DNA of 64,000 nt from Deltaproteobacteria bacterium (lineage in GTDB: Bacteria > Desulfobacterota > Dissulfuribacteria > Dissulfuribacterales > QOAL01), in NCBI GenBank assembly GCA_027028245.1, contig JALVJO010000102.1:12315-76314 (forward strand). The letters run 5' to 3'. Positions within the stretch are counted from its first letter, which is position 1, and the number at the start of each line of letters is the position of its first letter. The position numbers and the translations under genes are program-made. Of this stretch, positions 63,712-64,000 are shown in pieces. A model generated the notes under the pieces. It was given only the letters and a program-made list of their open reading frames with translations. It had not been told where the DNA came from and searched no databases.

Positions 63712-64000
63712 ATGAAAAACATTTTAAAGACATTGGTCTGTATCTGCTTTTTTGTATCCCTGGCATTTTCTGGCGTGCCTGTCCAGGCAAGCGGCCATGA
63801 CACGGTTAAAAAGCCCAGTCCTGACGAAGTTCTGAAGATGCTCAAGGAAGGCAACAAGAGGTTTTATACAGGAAAGCCCATTCACCCCAATACCGACAAG
63901 TCTCGCCTTAAGCTGGCTGGCTCCGAGGACCAGGGAAAATATGCCTATGCAACCGTTATTACCTGTTCTGATTCAAGGGTGCCGGTAGAACTGATTTTTG
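63712..64000 (+). CDS. secreted beta-class carbonic anhydrase, N-terminal part (runs off the right edge)
   Basis: My translation is MKNILKTLVCICFFVSLAFSGVPVQASGHD...LKEGNKRFYTG...YATVITCSDSRVPVELIF. It has a signal peptide plus the CSDSRV zinc-ligand motif. GGAGGG lies upstream. Confidence 0.8.
   Translation, partial: MKNILKTLVCICFFVSLAFSGVPVQASGHDTVKKPSPDEVLKMLKEGNKRFYTGKPIHPNTDKSRLKLAGSEDQGKYAYATVITCSDSRVPVELIF

Noticed and set aside
1-64000. Search for CRISPR arrays, IS elements, integrases, prophage genes or toxin-antitoxin pairs, including next to the tRNA
   Set aside because: I saw no regularly spaced direct repeats, no transposase-, integrase- or recombinase-like ORFs, and no small two-gene TA-like cassettes. 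Apart from the AT-rich patch at 34848..35394, the window looks like core chromosome. I could not run a systematic repeat search by eye.

Overview
This 64-kb window is a densely packed, mostly housekeeping stretch of chromosome. It looks like a sulfate-reducing Desulfobacterota (deltaproteobacterial) genome: it carries a genuine DsrC with both C-terminal cysteines, an 11-haem periplasmic cytochrome c, LpxI-type lipid A genes and an aconitase/Mdh pair. I support about 54 protein genes, one tRNA(CAT) and the RNase P RNA. I saw no transposase, integrase, phage gene or CRISPR-like array.

Left to right the window contains:
- An aconitase-aroE-aroA-aroK-aroC-tyrA operon on the minus strand.
- mltA, mdh, an M48 peptidase, alr and tatBC.
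- A STAS-like/USP fusion facing an orphan histidine kinase.
- nagZ, uppP, der, a DJ-1 family gene and an rpoH-like sigma factor.
- A large envelope cluster (TPR protein, lolD-like ATPase, bamA, lpxD, fabZ, lpxA, lpxI, Gfo/Idh/MocA oxidoreductase, lpxB).
- A self-contained tRNA unit, then Nif3, a COG1579 zinc-ribbon protein, rnpB and panB.
- An AT-rich insert carrying a small Zn-ribbon ORF coupled to a RimK-like ATP-grasp gene.
- rnc, era, lpxC, a PHP-domain gene, a DUF151 nuclease and miaB.
- A secreted repeat protein, the undecahaem cytochrome, dsrC, YcaO-TPR and a DUF5335/DUF2934 gene.
- A 1761-1774-aa tandem UvrA-UvrA fusion.
- A Pat-AcuC-AcuB-like lysine acetylation module running into bioD, an RND efflux pair and a beta-carbonic anhydrase.

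The most unusual items are:
- the four-NBD double UvrA;
- the Zn-ribbon/ATP-grasp pair, which resembles LysW/LysX or RimK logic;
- the YcaO-TPR operon next to dsrC;
- the acuABC-like module built on a large Pat enzyme;
- a sigma-54-type promoter with upstream direct repeats in front of lpxC.

All functional calls rest on motif and architecture recognition by eye. No database search was run.
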